A DNA stretch of 64,000 nucleotides from Hamiltosporidium tvaerminnensis FI-OER-3-3. Taxonomy: Eukaryota > Fungi > Microsporidia. Made by a program: the position numbers and the translations under genes. The stretch is taken from positions 248,001 to 312,000 of the forward strand of contig JAKIMF020000007.1 in the NCBI GenBank assembly GCA_022605425.2, written 5' to 3'. Shown one piece after another: positions 13,101-23,850 of the stretch. Each line of letters starts with the position of its first letter. Position 1 is the first letter of the stretch. The notes under the pieces are model-generated. The model had not been told where the DNA came from and made no database searches. It saw nothing but the letters and a program-made list of their open reading frames with translations.

Positions 13101-13551
13101 TACAAATACAATCAATCAATTCTTTGTGAAAAATGATTTTTTAAAATATAAATTAATTGATTGTGTTATTGGGTTATATTATAAAATTATAAAAAATGAT
13201 ATAAATAGGGGTGTTATATGCTTAATGAATTATTTTAAGTGTTATTTACCTTTTACATTACTAATTGGTTTTATATATCTTAAAAGGTATTTAATAAGAG
13301 TTAAAAAAAGAAATGATTTTTATTTTTTTGTTAAATTGTATTTAGTGTGTTGTTTGATTGGAAATAAGTATTGGGAGGATAGTTGTGGTGGTAATTGTAA
13401 TGAGTGTAGTGTATGGGGATTTGAGGTGGAGGATATTAATATGTTGGAGAAGCATGTTTTAAATACTCTTGGGTATGATTTAGAGATATCTAGTGAAGAG
13501 ATAGAGAGTGTTATATATTATGAGAGAATATGTGAAGGGGGTAGTATATAG
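10192..13551 (+). CDS. Pho80/Pcl (Pho85-type) cyclin with a ~970-aa low-complexity, repeat-rich N-terminal extension
   Basis: C-terminal cyclin box: FTLLIGFIYLKRY...KLYLVCCLIGNKYWEDS...N.ECSVWGFEVEDINMLEKHVLNTLGYDLEISSEE, matching the Pcl/Pho80 pattern ASKY.DD...N..W....elN.LE..fL..l.y.L.v. The 1119-codon ORF is uninterrupted despite many repeat indels. Confidence 0.8.
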   Translation: MEIKMDKQINRQVFYNKTTSCNKYIRYTRSGESGSGMCGGSSMCGESMCGESGCGESYSSSNISISKDTSKDTSKDTSKNTSKDTSKDTSKDTSKNTSKDTSKDTSTNTSNTYTPTYTNNNNNNNTYNNIITCNTSVCSKRYKLPVIETKSIKDNLKMYNNTKYKEIDLYNNKRGVSRSVCDRVSKSMSKDKSMGDRVSKSLSKDNTKSMSKDKSMGDRVSNTMGDRVSNTMSKNKDKNKDNTMCRNKDKSITNTIDNNKDNPIDKRSTYTSDNPIDKSITYTITNTIDKSICNTIDNYRDKSITNTIDKNKDKSITYTIDKSICNTIDNYRDKSINNSKDSLKCKMYVNEFEMKGEELYYNKGYYSSSYEDEGLKYNSSYKDEGLKYSSSYITSKDEGLKYNSSSSYKDEGLKYNSSYKDEGLKYNSSSSYKDEGLKYNSSSSYKDEGLKYNSSSSYKDEGLKYNSSSSYKDEGLKYNSSSSYKDEGLKYSSSYKDEGLKYNSSSSYKDEGLKYNSSSYYKDEGLKYSSSYKDEGLKYNSSSSYKDEGLKYNSSSSYKDEGLKYNSSSSYKDEGLKYSSSYKDEGLKYNSSSSYKDEGLKYNSSSSYKDEGLKYNSSSSYKDEGLKYNSSSSYKDEGLKYSSSYKDEGLKYNSSSSYKDEGLKYNSSSSYKDEGLKYNSSYITSKDEGLKYNSSYYISSSYISSNSIKYNYLSTTDTSNKDTNTNNKYSNNKYSSNKDIIPRYLNSSSDSYKDSCGSSFCSEQDYNYFMHKNNFELNRFYFYANSSSRDSINRDSINRDSINRDSINKKSININTINKKSINNNPIYKKSINNYYNDNTINNNTLINNPINKKSINNYYNDNELCNSGYKNNNLYDRNNLYDRNNNCKNLLKKNNTYNNTNTNTNTNVNTTYNNTNTYTTNTYTTNTYTNTNTNNKINTTNTNTNTNTNNKINTYTTNTNTYTNNKINTTNTINQFFVKNDFLKYKLIDCVIGLYYKIIKNDINRGVICLMNYFKCYLPFTLLIGFIYLKRYLIRVKKRNDFYFFVKLYLVCCLIGNKYWEDSCGGNCNECSVWGFEVEDINMLEKHVLNTLGYDLEISSEEIESVIYYERICEGGSI
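11299..12280 (+). repeat. Coding minisatellite: 26 copies of (Y)KDEGLKY(N)SS(SS), mostly 39- and 33-bp units
   Basis: tataaggatga(g/a)ggtcttaagtata(ata)gtagtagttc(c/t). All length variants keep the frame. Confidence 0.95.
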
Positions 13552-13815
13552 ATTTAGAGTTTATGTATTTAGAGTGTTTGGTTGTTATATAGATAGAATG
13601 TTATATATTATGAGAGAATATGTGAAGGGGGTAGTATATAGATTTAGAGTTTATGTATTTAGAGTGTTATTTATTACAATAGATTTAGAGTGTGTTATTT
13701 ATTACAATAGATTTAGAGTGTTATTTATTACAATAGATTTAGAGTGTTATATATTACAATAGATTTAGAGTGTTATTTATTACAATAGATTTAGAGTGTG
13801 TTATTTATTACAATA
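13509..13815. repeat. 90-bp-period duplication of the cyclin 3' end followed by 26/28-bp repeats
   Basis: tgttatatattatgagagaatatgtgaagggggtagtatatagatttagagtttatgtatttagagtgtt at ~13509 and ~13599, then agatttagagtg(tg)ttatttattacaat about 5-6 times. Confidence 0.85.
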
Positions 13816-14124
13816 TATTTATTTATTAAGAAGATAGAGTGTGTTATAATAGGGTTATAATAGAGTTTTTTATTATGAAGATAGAGTGTTTTATTTATTA
13901 TATAGATTTAGAGTGTTAATATAGAATTATAATAGAATTATTGGTCTATTGTAATAGAGTTGTAAGTCTATGATAATAGAGTATATGAGTGTTATATTTA
14001 TTTTTGGAAGAAAATTGTTTTTAGAATTTATTTAAAGTTTGTATTTTGTACTGTTTTATAATTTTAAATAAACAAAGTATTTATTTAAAATATTTTCTTA
14101 TGATTTTTGTACTTTTTTGTAATT

Positions 14125-15694
14125 TTTAAGTGTTTAATTAAGTAAGTATTTGTTTAACTGATCTTAGATTAGTAAAGTAATTATGAGTTTTAAAGAGTAT
14201 TTAAGTGTTTAATTAAGTAAGTATTTGTTTAACTGATCTTAGATTAGTAAAGTAATTATGAGTTTTAAAGAGTATTTAAGTGTTTAATTAAGTAAGTATT
14301 TGTTTAACTGATCTTAGATTAGTAAAGTAATTATGAGTTTTAAAGAGTATTTAAGTGTTTAATTAAGTAAGTATTTGTTTAACTGATCTTAGATTAGTAA
14401 AGTAATTATGAGTTTTAAAGAGTATTTAAGTGTTTAATTAAGTAAGTATTTGTTTAACTGATCTTAGATTAGTAAAGTAATTATGAGTTTTAAAGAGTAT
14501 TTAAGTGTTTAATTAAGTAAGTATTTGTTTAACTGATCTTAGATTAGTAAAGTAATTATGAGTTTTAAAGAGTATTTAAGTGTTTAATTAAGTAAGTATT
14601 TGTTTAACTGATCTTAGATTAGCAAAGTAATTATGAGTTTTAAAGAGTATTTAAGTGTTTAATTAAGTAAGTATTTGTTTAACTGATCTTAGATTAGTAA
14701 AGTAATTATGAGTTTTAAAGAGTATTTAAGTGTTTAATTAAGTAAGTATTTGTTTAACTGATCTTACATTAGTAAAGTAATTATGAGTTTTAAAGAGTAT
14801 TTAAGTGTTTAATTAAGTAAGTAGTTGTTTAACTGATCTTAGATTAGCAAAGTAATTATGAGTTTTAAAGAGTATTTAAGTGTTTAATTAAGTAAGTATT
14901 TGTTTAACTGATCTTAGATTAGCAAAGTAATTATGAGTTTTAAAGAGTATTTAAGTGTTTAATTAAGTAAGTATTTGTTTAACTGATCTTAGATTAGTAA
15001 AGTAATTATGAGTTTTAAAGAGTATTTAAGTGTTTAATTAAGTAAGTATTTGTTTAACTGATCTTACATTAGTAAAGTAATTATGAGTTTTAAAGAGTAT
15101 TTAAGTGTTTAATTAAGTAAGTATTTGTTTAACTGATCTTAGATTAGTAAAGTAATTATGAGTTTTAAAGAGTATTTAAGTGTTTAATTAAGTAAGTATT
15201 TGTTTAACTGATCTTAGATTAGTAAAGTAATTATGAGTTTTAAAGAGTATTTAAGTGTTTAATTAAGTAAGTATTTGTTTAACTGATCTTAGATTAGTAA
15301 AGTAATTATGAGTTTTAAAGAGTATTTAAGTGTTTAATTAAGTAAGTATTTGTTTAACTGATCTTAGATTAGTAAAGTAATTATGAGTTTTAAAGAGTAT
15401 TTAAGTGTTTAATTAAGTAAGTATTTGTTTAACTGATCTTAGATTAGTAAAGTAATTATGAGTTTTAAAGAGTATTTAAGTGTTTAATTAAGTAAGTATT
15501 TGTTTAACTGATCTTAGATTAGTAAAGTAATTATGAGTTTTAAAGAGTATTTAAGTGTTTAATTAAGTAAGTATTTGTTTAACTGATCTTAGATTAGTAA
15601 AGTAATTATGAGTTTTAAAGAGTATTTAAGTGTTTAATTAAGTAAGTATTTGTTTAACTGATCTTAGATTAGTAAAGTAATTATGAGTTTTAAA
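14125..15694. repeat. Near-perfect 75-bp satellite, ~21 copies
   Basis: Unit tttaagtgtttaattaagtaagtatttgtttaactgatcttagattagtaaagtaattatgagttttaaagagta. Printed lines repeat every 300 nt with only a few substitutions. No open frame. Confidence 0.97.
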
Positions 15695-18254
15695 TTGTAT
15701 TTATTCTTAATTTTTATATAAAATTCCATGATTAACAATGTATTGTTTAAAACACAGATTTGGTGACGAAAATAAAATTATTTGATTTTTTTGATGTTTT
15801 TTAAATTATTTGCGTAAAAAAGTGATTAAAATTGAAAAAAAATACTATTTTTAGACTAATTAATGAGGGAAATGTAAAATTATGTTTTTTATATGAATTA
15901 TTCTGTTAATTTTAAACTAATTAATGATAAATTTAGAATAATGTTTTTTATATGAATTTTAATTATTGTTTATGAGCTTTTGGTATGCTATATATTATCC
16001 TGATAGTAGATTAACATTAGATTTATATTGACTTTATATCTTTTGGTTGAAGATTTTGTAAACTAATTGGTGTTTGAAGACTTAAAGGATGTGTGGTACT
16101 GTCTTGATCAATGATGTAATATATAACAAATAAAATGAGATTTATTTTATTTGAGACACTAAAAAAAAAACACTTTAATTCACTTATAAAACTACTTTTA
16201 AATTTTATATTTTCCTATCTATCCACACCGAATAATACAAGAAGACTGGGAATGTAAGTACTTTTATATAAATAAATGTCTTTATCTTGACATTTTCCTA
16301 ATACTTCATGCAATAGATATTGTGTTACAAACTGTTATATGTGGCAAGTTTGATTTTTTTTTACGATTATGTGTTTGTTTTAACATAGATTAGAATAATA
16401 GTTAGTCTATTTTAAGAAATCATACCTTTTAAATTAATTTGGCTTTGGAAATTCGAAACAAATCTCTTATAGAATATAACGATTTTGTTTAAAAGTGTTT
16501 ACATATTTCTAATCCATTTCTATATAAATATATCATGTTTGTAAAAATTTTGGCTTTTATTTATACTCTGATCTTAGTTTTTATCTAAAATTTGTTTCAC
16601 ATTTAAGCTTATATTTTTACAAAATTTTTATTTTAGTGTCTGGTATAGTCATGACTAAGCATTTTTTCACAGTACATTACTGTAGTTTATAAATTCTTGT
16701 AATACTTAATTAGAATGTTTTTTGTTTAATTTGACATTTTTATCTTTTGTTTAGAAATATAAACGAGTTGAGGTACTTTAATTTATTTTTCATCTTTATA
16801 AACTCTAATTTATATTTTATAACTAACCAAATATTATTTTCTAGCATTATATAACTTTGAATGAAGTTTTACGTTTTTCTATTTCGTTAAATGAAAAGTT
16901 ATAATAAACTTTTCTTGTATTGCAATCACTTCTGTGTTTTATTTTAATTTACACGGAAATATAGATTTTCATGCAAAGGGGCAAATTTTTTTTATAAAAA
17001 ACATGCAAAATTGAAATGACTAAATAAAATATTATTAAGGAAACAAATCTAAATATATAATCGAGAAATATCACGATGATGAAGGTTAAGTAGCCTGAAA
17101 TATTTAATCGGGGCAGAAAATATAAGAAACTATAATAGTGGTCTATTCAAGAATATTATACTTAGGATTTTATAAATCTTAAACAAACAATATTAGTATG
17201 CAGAATTAGAACATAAAACACCTAGAAAAATTTTATTGATACAATAAATATTTGCATTAACTATTTTAACCATCTTTATATATTAAAGTACTTCCTTGGA
17301 TTGACATTAATTGCATATTTTTTCACTTTTATTTCTTTTAATTTTTAAAGTAAGATTGATGAAATATATTTCTTAGAAATTCTTTTAAGCTATTAGCACA
17401 TAAAAAATTGTAGGATAGAATTTAAGCCTTTTGTTGTTAAACGTGCCAATTATTAATATCTTCAAAAATATTTCCCTGAAACAATTATTTGCTTAATAAG
17501 TTAATAAAATTTTATGCCTGTTTACAGTTACAAATTTTCTATAAAAATTACTAGAATTTATACATCAAAAGAGTTAGCAAATCCAACATATTATTAAAAA
17601 ATCATGTTTTCTCTGACCAGCGAGACGTTTCACATGAATAAATGTTTACGGAAATATGACAGAATAGAATATAAAAACCGATCTTAAAATGAACAAATAA
17701 AGAGAAATTCCGAGCTAAAGGATAGGGAAAATTTTATACAGGTAGATTAGAAGAGGAAATTTTAGGGATTTAAAAACCGTTTTTTATTAGAAATTGCTAC
17801 AAAGCGACCAAAAATGCAAATATGAAATACAAAAATAAATACAATGCAATAGTCTAGGTGAAATTTAAAACCAAATAAAAAGATAATGAAATTATAGCCC
17901 AGCGAATTTAGTTTAAGAAAAAAATCTATTTTATTTATATTTTTTTGTTGAATGTAAAATTAAGTTTTTTTTACGAGCTTAAAATTTAGATAAAGAGACA
18001 AGACCACTAAATAATCAAATAACAAAACAAGGTTAACATAACGTTCCAAAGTAAAAATACGTATGATAGAATTAATGATTTGAAATATCTAAAAAAAATA
18101 TGCAAAGTTTAATATGTAACAATATTGGTAGGTATGATTTAAAACATTATGCAAAAGTATTTTACAAGTAGATTTCAAACAACTGTAGCACATTCAATTC
18201 TTATTCATTTCTAATTTCTTAACTAAATATTTTTTAATATTTTGATACCCATAA

Positions 18255-19515
18255 ATGGATGAAGTATGAATTAAAATAGGAAATATTACTTCCTTAACTG
18301 TTGAACAATTACAAAAAATGTTTCTTTGGATGTATGCAGAAGGTAAAAAGCCATCGTTTGTTACTTCATTAAATAAACAGAAATTGAAATCAGCAAATAT
18401 ATTTTTTATTGACGAAAAAATTGAAATAAAAATTATCAAAAAAAAATTTAAATTACGTAATACTGCTTATATGCAAGAAAAATTCGATATAAATACACTT
18501 ATACGCACACTTTTTAGAAAAATAGAACGAAATGCAAAACCTGACATTTCCTTAATAACAGAAACAGAAGTAGAAAAATTTTGTATTAAAAATATTAGCA
18601 AAATTTATGTTGAAGACTCTACATTTGTAAAAAATAGTGAATCAGTAGAAGATATTTCTACAGTAGAAAACCTTTCCAAGAATAAAAATCTTCTAAAACA
18701 AAATGAAATCAAAAATGAATACAAAATTGATAATAAAATTTTAATTCTTACAGATGAATCCGAGAATCTTAAATTAGAAGAATATTTATTACTAAATAAG
18801 GAATTTACAATATTTACAGATTATATTAATAATTTTATTGTTTCAATAGACTGTGAAATGATAAAAACCACATATGGGAAAGAAGTTGGTAGAGTCAGTA
18901 TATTAGATAATCAATGCAATGTATTATATGATAAAATAATTAAACCAGAAGCTGAAATAATGGATTATTTAACAGAGTATAGTGGTTTAGATAAGGATAG
19001 TTTTGAACATGCAGTTTCTTTTTTATGAAATGAAAAATGATTTGAAAAAAATTATTGGAAAAAATACAATAATTTTAGGACATTCGTTATTTAATGATTT
19101 AAATGTTTTGAAGATTTATCATGATAGATTAATAGATACTTCTCATTTATATAAAACCAAAGATAATTACAAAACATCTTTAAAGAATCTTTCTAAAAAA
19201 TATCTAAATAAAGAAATTCAATCAAACAGTCATTGCTCTATTGAAGATGCAAAAGTATGCTTAGAATTATTAGCTCTTAAAATAAATGAACTGAAAGATC
19301 TTGTAGAGAATGATTCTGCAAATATTAATTATAATACACAAATTAATATTATAAGTATTTTTGAAATATCAAAGTATATTGAAAAGAGAACTATAAACAT
19401 TGTAAAGTGCTCTTATAAAGATTTAGATGTCTTGGATTGTGACATTTCAAAGAAGAATGATTGTATTTTTATGTTTTTCACGCAAGGAAATTCACACGTT
19501 GTTTGTTGCTATTAA
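18255..19515 (+). CDS. REX1/REXO1-like DEDDh 3'-5' RNA exonuclease, interrupted by apparent frameshifts
   Basis: ExoI IVSIDCEMI..GKEVGRVSILD and KP...DYLTEYSGL in ORF 18318-19028. ExoII ILGHSLFNDLNVLKIYHDRLIDTS and ExoIII SHCSIEDA in ORF 19003-19515. The two join if one T is removed at 19019-19024. CCC motif at 18248-18250 marks the real start region. Confidence 0.88.
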
Positions 19516-20499
19516 TAATATAAATTTTCTATGCCTTGGAATAAATTAGATTGAAATTGGGAGGACTTTGAGAAAATATTAAAAGCTTTTTGTAAAATCT
19601 CAATATCTAAATACTTTTGGTGCTTTTATATTACGCGTTCTATTTTTTCTTACTCTATATATGTCTTTCTTATTTTATTTGGCATTTCTATAGTTAATAT
19701 TTGATATTAATATTAACCTTCATTTATCATGCAATTTTTTGATACACAATTTTATAAATTTAAAGAGAGGAATTTTACCCACGCTTTTTTCAGATTTGTG
19801 CACAGATGTAATAATATATTAGATTTTAACTTGCTTTATTGCTCTTAAATTCATCGCAGATAATTCCTTAGTTATCGTCTCTATTTTATTTATTTAAAAC
19901 CTTATTCTAAAGAAAATGAATGACCTCACTGATTCTATGTGTATTGTCGACCGTATGTAGGTATTATTTTAACGTGTATTTTAAACTTATAAGGCAGTTT
20001 CGGAGTATTTCGTTTCTAGATTTGACAGTGTTATATAGAAAAATTTTAAACTTTACGAAGTAAAATAACTTCGTATTAACTCGTTTACCTGAAAAAATGT
20101 AAAATTTAACTCATTATGGAATCTTAGAATGGAAATAATTTGAGGAAAATTTTATCCAAAAACAGAGTTTGGGTTGCATACAATTAAAAATATCAGCGTT
20201 TGATTTTAAATGCTTTCATTGTTTTGTTTGTGTAAAAACCCAATAGTCAAAAGGCTTCCAAACGTGCAATATTTTAATCGAACAGCTAATAAGAATTTCT
20301 TATTATATTTTAAGGGATGAATTACGCACACTATCGCCATATTATAGCAAAAATCTATATTCAAAGTTTGTGTCTTTAAAATTTAAAAAAATGCATAAAA
20401 AAATATTTAAAACCGTAATATATCAAGAAACGGAAGCCATGAGCCATTGTGACTTATAAAAAAAGGATGATCTAATGCTTGTAAAGGAATATATAGCTG

Positions 20500-22220
20500 A
20501 GGAATTTTCATATGGAATTCAGAAATATTTCATAAATATTCCTGTCTAATTATAACCTTTTATAATTTGTAATAATAGGAAGTCAATCTATAGGTCTAGT
20601 GTGGTTTTATTCCACGCAAATTTCACCAGTGGTTTTCATACCAATTATAACCACTCATGACAGCAATTTGTTTGGATATGTTTTTTCTCCTTCTACCCAA
20701 TTTGCCAAATCGATAATATTAAATGAATTATTAGGAAAATTGAAAACATTACCAAACAAAAAAATTGTTTTGAAAATTTAAAGCACACAAGATATAGATT
20801 TTTCTAGAAAAATAATGGATCTTGTCTTATAAAAAATTAAATTTACTTGCCAAAGCTGTAATTTTAAGCCATTGCTTACATCCAGGCACAATGATATGAT
20901 CTAAGACGCCAATAAATGAGAATGTTACTTAAAAGAAGATATAGGAGCATCATATTTGTCGATTAATGCCGTTTGGATTGATTGAAAATATTCACTGCAA
21001 ATAATTTCGTTTCCCTAGAACATGATATAAACTTTAAAATATTATTGAGTTCGAAAAGAACCGGAAGCGATATTTAATAATAAGTAATCGAATTCCATAT
21101 GAAATTACTCAGAAAAGACTACTATCGAGAAAAGGTCATATATACTAGAATCAACACGGCTTTTTCTTTTATTTGTTTCGAACTATTAAATATTTTAATC
21201 ACAATCAAATTTTTATTTTTCAACTGGATAATGTTCCATTACCATATAACAGACAAATAACAGATTTATAAGAGCGATTGGCGAATAACTCATACCTACT
21301 ATTTTCTTTAAAACAAATCTCCTTTGTTAAACTTTTGATGAACGCTCAAGGTAGAACAGTATATTTTATTTAAAAAAATATTTTTACCTTACAAAACGAA
21401 TTCGGTACAATATTTATCTCTAATAAAATTGTCTAAAATAGTTTCCACTTTATTTTATAGAAGTTTGAATGTTTTAAAAAACAGTGTACTTGTGTCTTAT
21501 ATCAATAATTTTTCCTAAAAATATATTCGTAAATGTAATTTTTTAACTTTAGGCTATTGTTTTAATTATCTTTTGTTTCTAACCTTATACCTCATCCATA
21601 AATTTTCAAGGATGTTTGCAGAAATACCTGATTCCGATACAAAATTTGTTCAATGATTCACATAACCATAAGAGAAATCTAGATTATTCTATAATATTGA
21701 TGGATATAAACAGTTTTCAAAGTAGTGTACTGTATTCTAATTGAAACAAACTCATAAAAAGCATTATTTAAAATATTCAACTTTCCATTTCGAAAAATTT
21801 GTATATAAACTTCTTTGTTGATCTCTAAATAATTCCAAACATTCATTGCTGACCAATAAGACCACCTCGACAATACTTTCTGTTGCTTATAAATGTTTCT
21901 TTTATTTTAAATATTTAACAATTTCCTAATATTTTCAAAAGAATAGAAGTAATTGTTTTATATAGAAACACTAGTCACTAATCGACTCTACTATGATTGC
22001 GTATAAAAAAATTTCATTGGTTTTCGGCATCATATGTATATTAAACTGCGAATCTTTAAATCATATAAATTATACCATGAATTTGAAATTTGTATTTTTG
22101 CTTGGTGTAGAAGATATTCCGTATATTTCATTCACAAACAAACAGCGGAAACGAATCGTATCGGAAAAAGAAATGAATCATGTATAATTCGATTGCAAAC
22201 AACATGAATTTACCAAATCG
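20500..22220 (-). pseudogene. Possible decayed member of a lineage-specific host gene family
   Basis: Short protein-like minus-strand segments (e.g. 21679-21873) interrupted by many stops. No diagnostic motif. Confidence 0.2.
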
Positions 22221-22599
22221 AGTTGTTCGGATAGAAAATGCACACCATATGTCACTGAACTTCTTTATTTGCATTTGAGAGATTTTGATAAATAGCTCTT
22301 GCCGTTAACAAGTATCATATGAATAGAGAATTAAATTACTTTTTAGTTAAAAAATCTTTATGTGAATTGCAAGTAGTTATATCATATATATTACTTGATT
22401 TGATTGAAATTCGCTGTGTATGCGTAAAAATAGTAACTTTTTTTCTCCGGACTTCATCGATAGTCCGATTAAATCACATATGAAATTTTATCATCAAAAT
22501 ATAACATCTAGAGTTAGAGTTTTGTTTAAATTCCGATTAAATATTATATTGGTATTACTAGTTCTCATGGCTCAAGAGTTTTTATAAAAATTTGATTAT

Positions 22600-23342
22600 T
22601 TTATCAATATAAATGATGGATGAGATAACCACATAAAAAACTTTCTGCTTGGCAATGAGTGTGTGAAAATGGTGTAAGGATCATTGTTTGGATTTTTGGT
22701 AGGAATAAAAACATACTAAATCCATCGATTTTTTAATGAGAGTTGTTATGAGGAGGAGAGGTCTAAGAAATGGAGAAATTTTTTCTACAAATTTATTTGT
22801 AGTTTTTAATGTAACCAGATTGCAGACCGCAGCTGAACATGTAGGTAATTGCCATTTAAAAGCATGGAAACCTAGCCTTGCTCACTCGGGTTAGAAGACT
22901 TAGCGCCTGGGAGATATAAAAATTAAAACCATTAAAAGCCGGGAGAGCTAATTAGCAGGTTATACCTGTTGGTATGACATTGCACTGTCAAGGTGGACCC
23001 CATGTAAGTCTCTGAAATATATCTTAGTTAGAAGTTTATTGGGTATAGAAAGTGTGGAGTAAGTGGGAATGCTGCATAGTCTTGGGGGAGCCCAGGGGGG
23101 GCTTCGGCCTTCGATCTCACTCCATGCAACGGACATTAACGAACTCCGGGCAACTGCCTCGCCTATTAATTAGGTTCTACACAGCTGGTAGATGAAAGGC
23201 TTTGAAACGTAGGTATCGCAGGGTTACTTATGGAGTGTTGGGGAGCAGTTATTAATGTTAAATCTAGAACTGCGTTTATGTGATGAAAACAAATATAACA
23301 CTTGCCACTTTTTTAAAAAAGATGTGATATTTTCAAATAAAA
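22600..23342 (+). mobile_element. Decayed 3' part of non-LTR family B
   Basis: GC-richer block homologous to 3270-3760(-), 34040-34350(+) and 44250-44900(-). Ends in AATAAAA. Broken translation includes HGNLALLTRVRRLSAW...LHSLGG. Confidence 0.6.
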
Positions 23343-23850
23343 CGTAATATTTTATAAATATATTATAAATTAGTTATTACAAATTTTACATATTTTTACC
23401 TGGGTTTCTTTGGATTTTCTTTACGTTGATTTGCAATTTTTTTGAATATTACAAGTTGGCAACATATAATAAAATTGGGTGTCTGAATTCCGGATAAGAC
23501 CAGTCGCTTGGAAAGAAAATAATGATAGGAAGATAAGCAATTATTTTTCTTGCAATTTTGCTTGTATTTTCTCTGCTTCGGTATTGCAGTATTCGGTATT
23601 GTTTTATAACGTTTGGTTTTAATGCATATCTTCTTTTTTGCTTTTAATAGGCGATAAACATATTTCATATAAATTTTTTATTTTTCATAGAATTTTATAC
23701 TCGAATATTGATCATAAAAGAACTTTTTTTCTTTGTTGTTATTGATATCTATTATATATAATAATTTAAGCGCAAATTGTTATATAGCGTTGTTACATAC
23801 TGTATTTTAGAGGAATTATACTCTTATTTTTAAATATCCTACGGAATTTA

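Noticed and set aside
14125-15694. CRISPR array or coding repeat
   Set aside because: Units are contiguous and near-identical with no unique spacers, no cas genes are present, and the frames contain stops.
17075-17100. C/D box-like pair ATGATGA...CTGA
   Set aside because: The boxes are only ~12 nt apart with no terminal stem, too short for a snoRNA.
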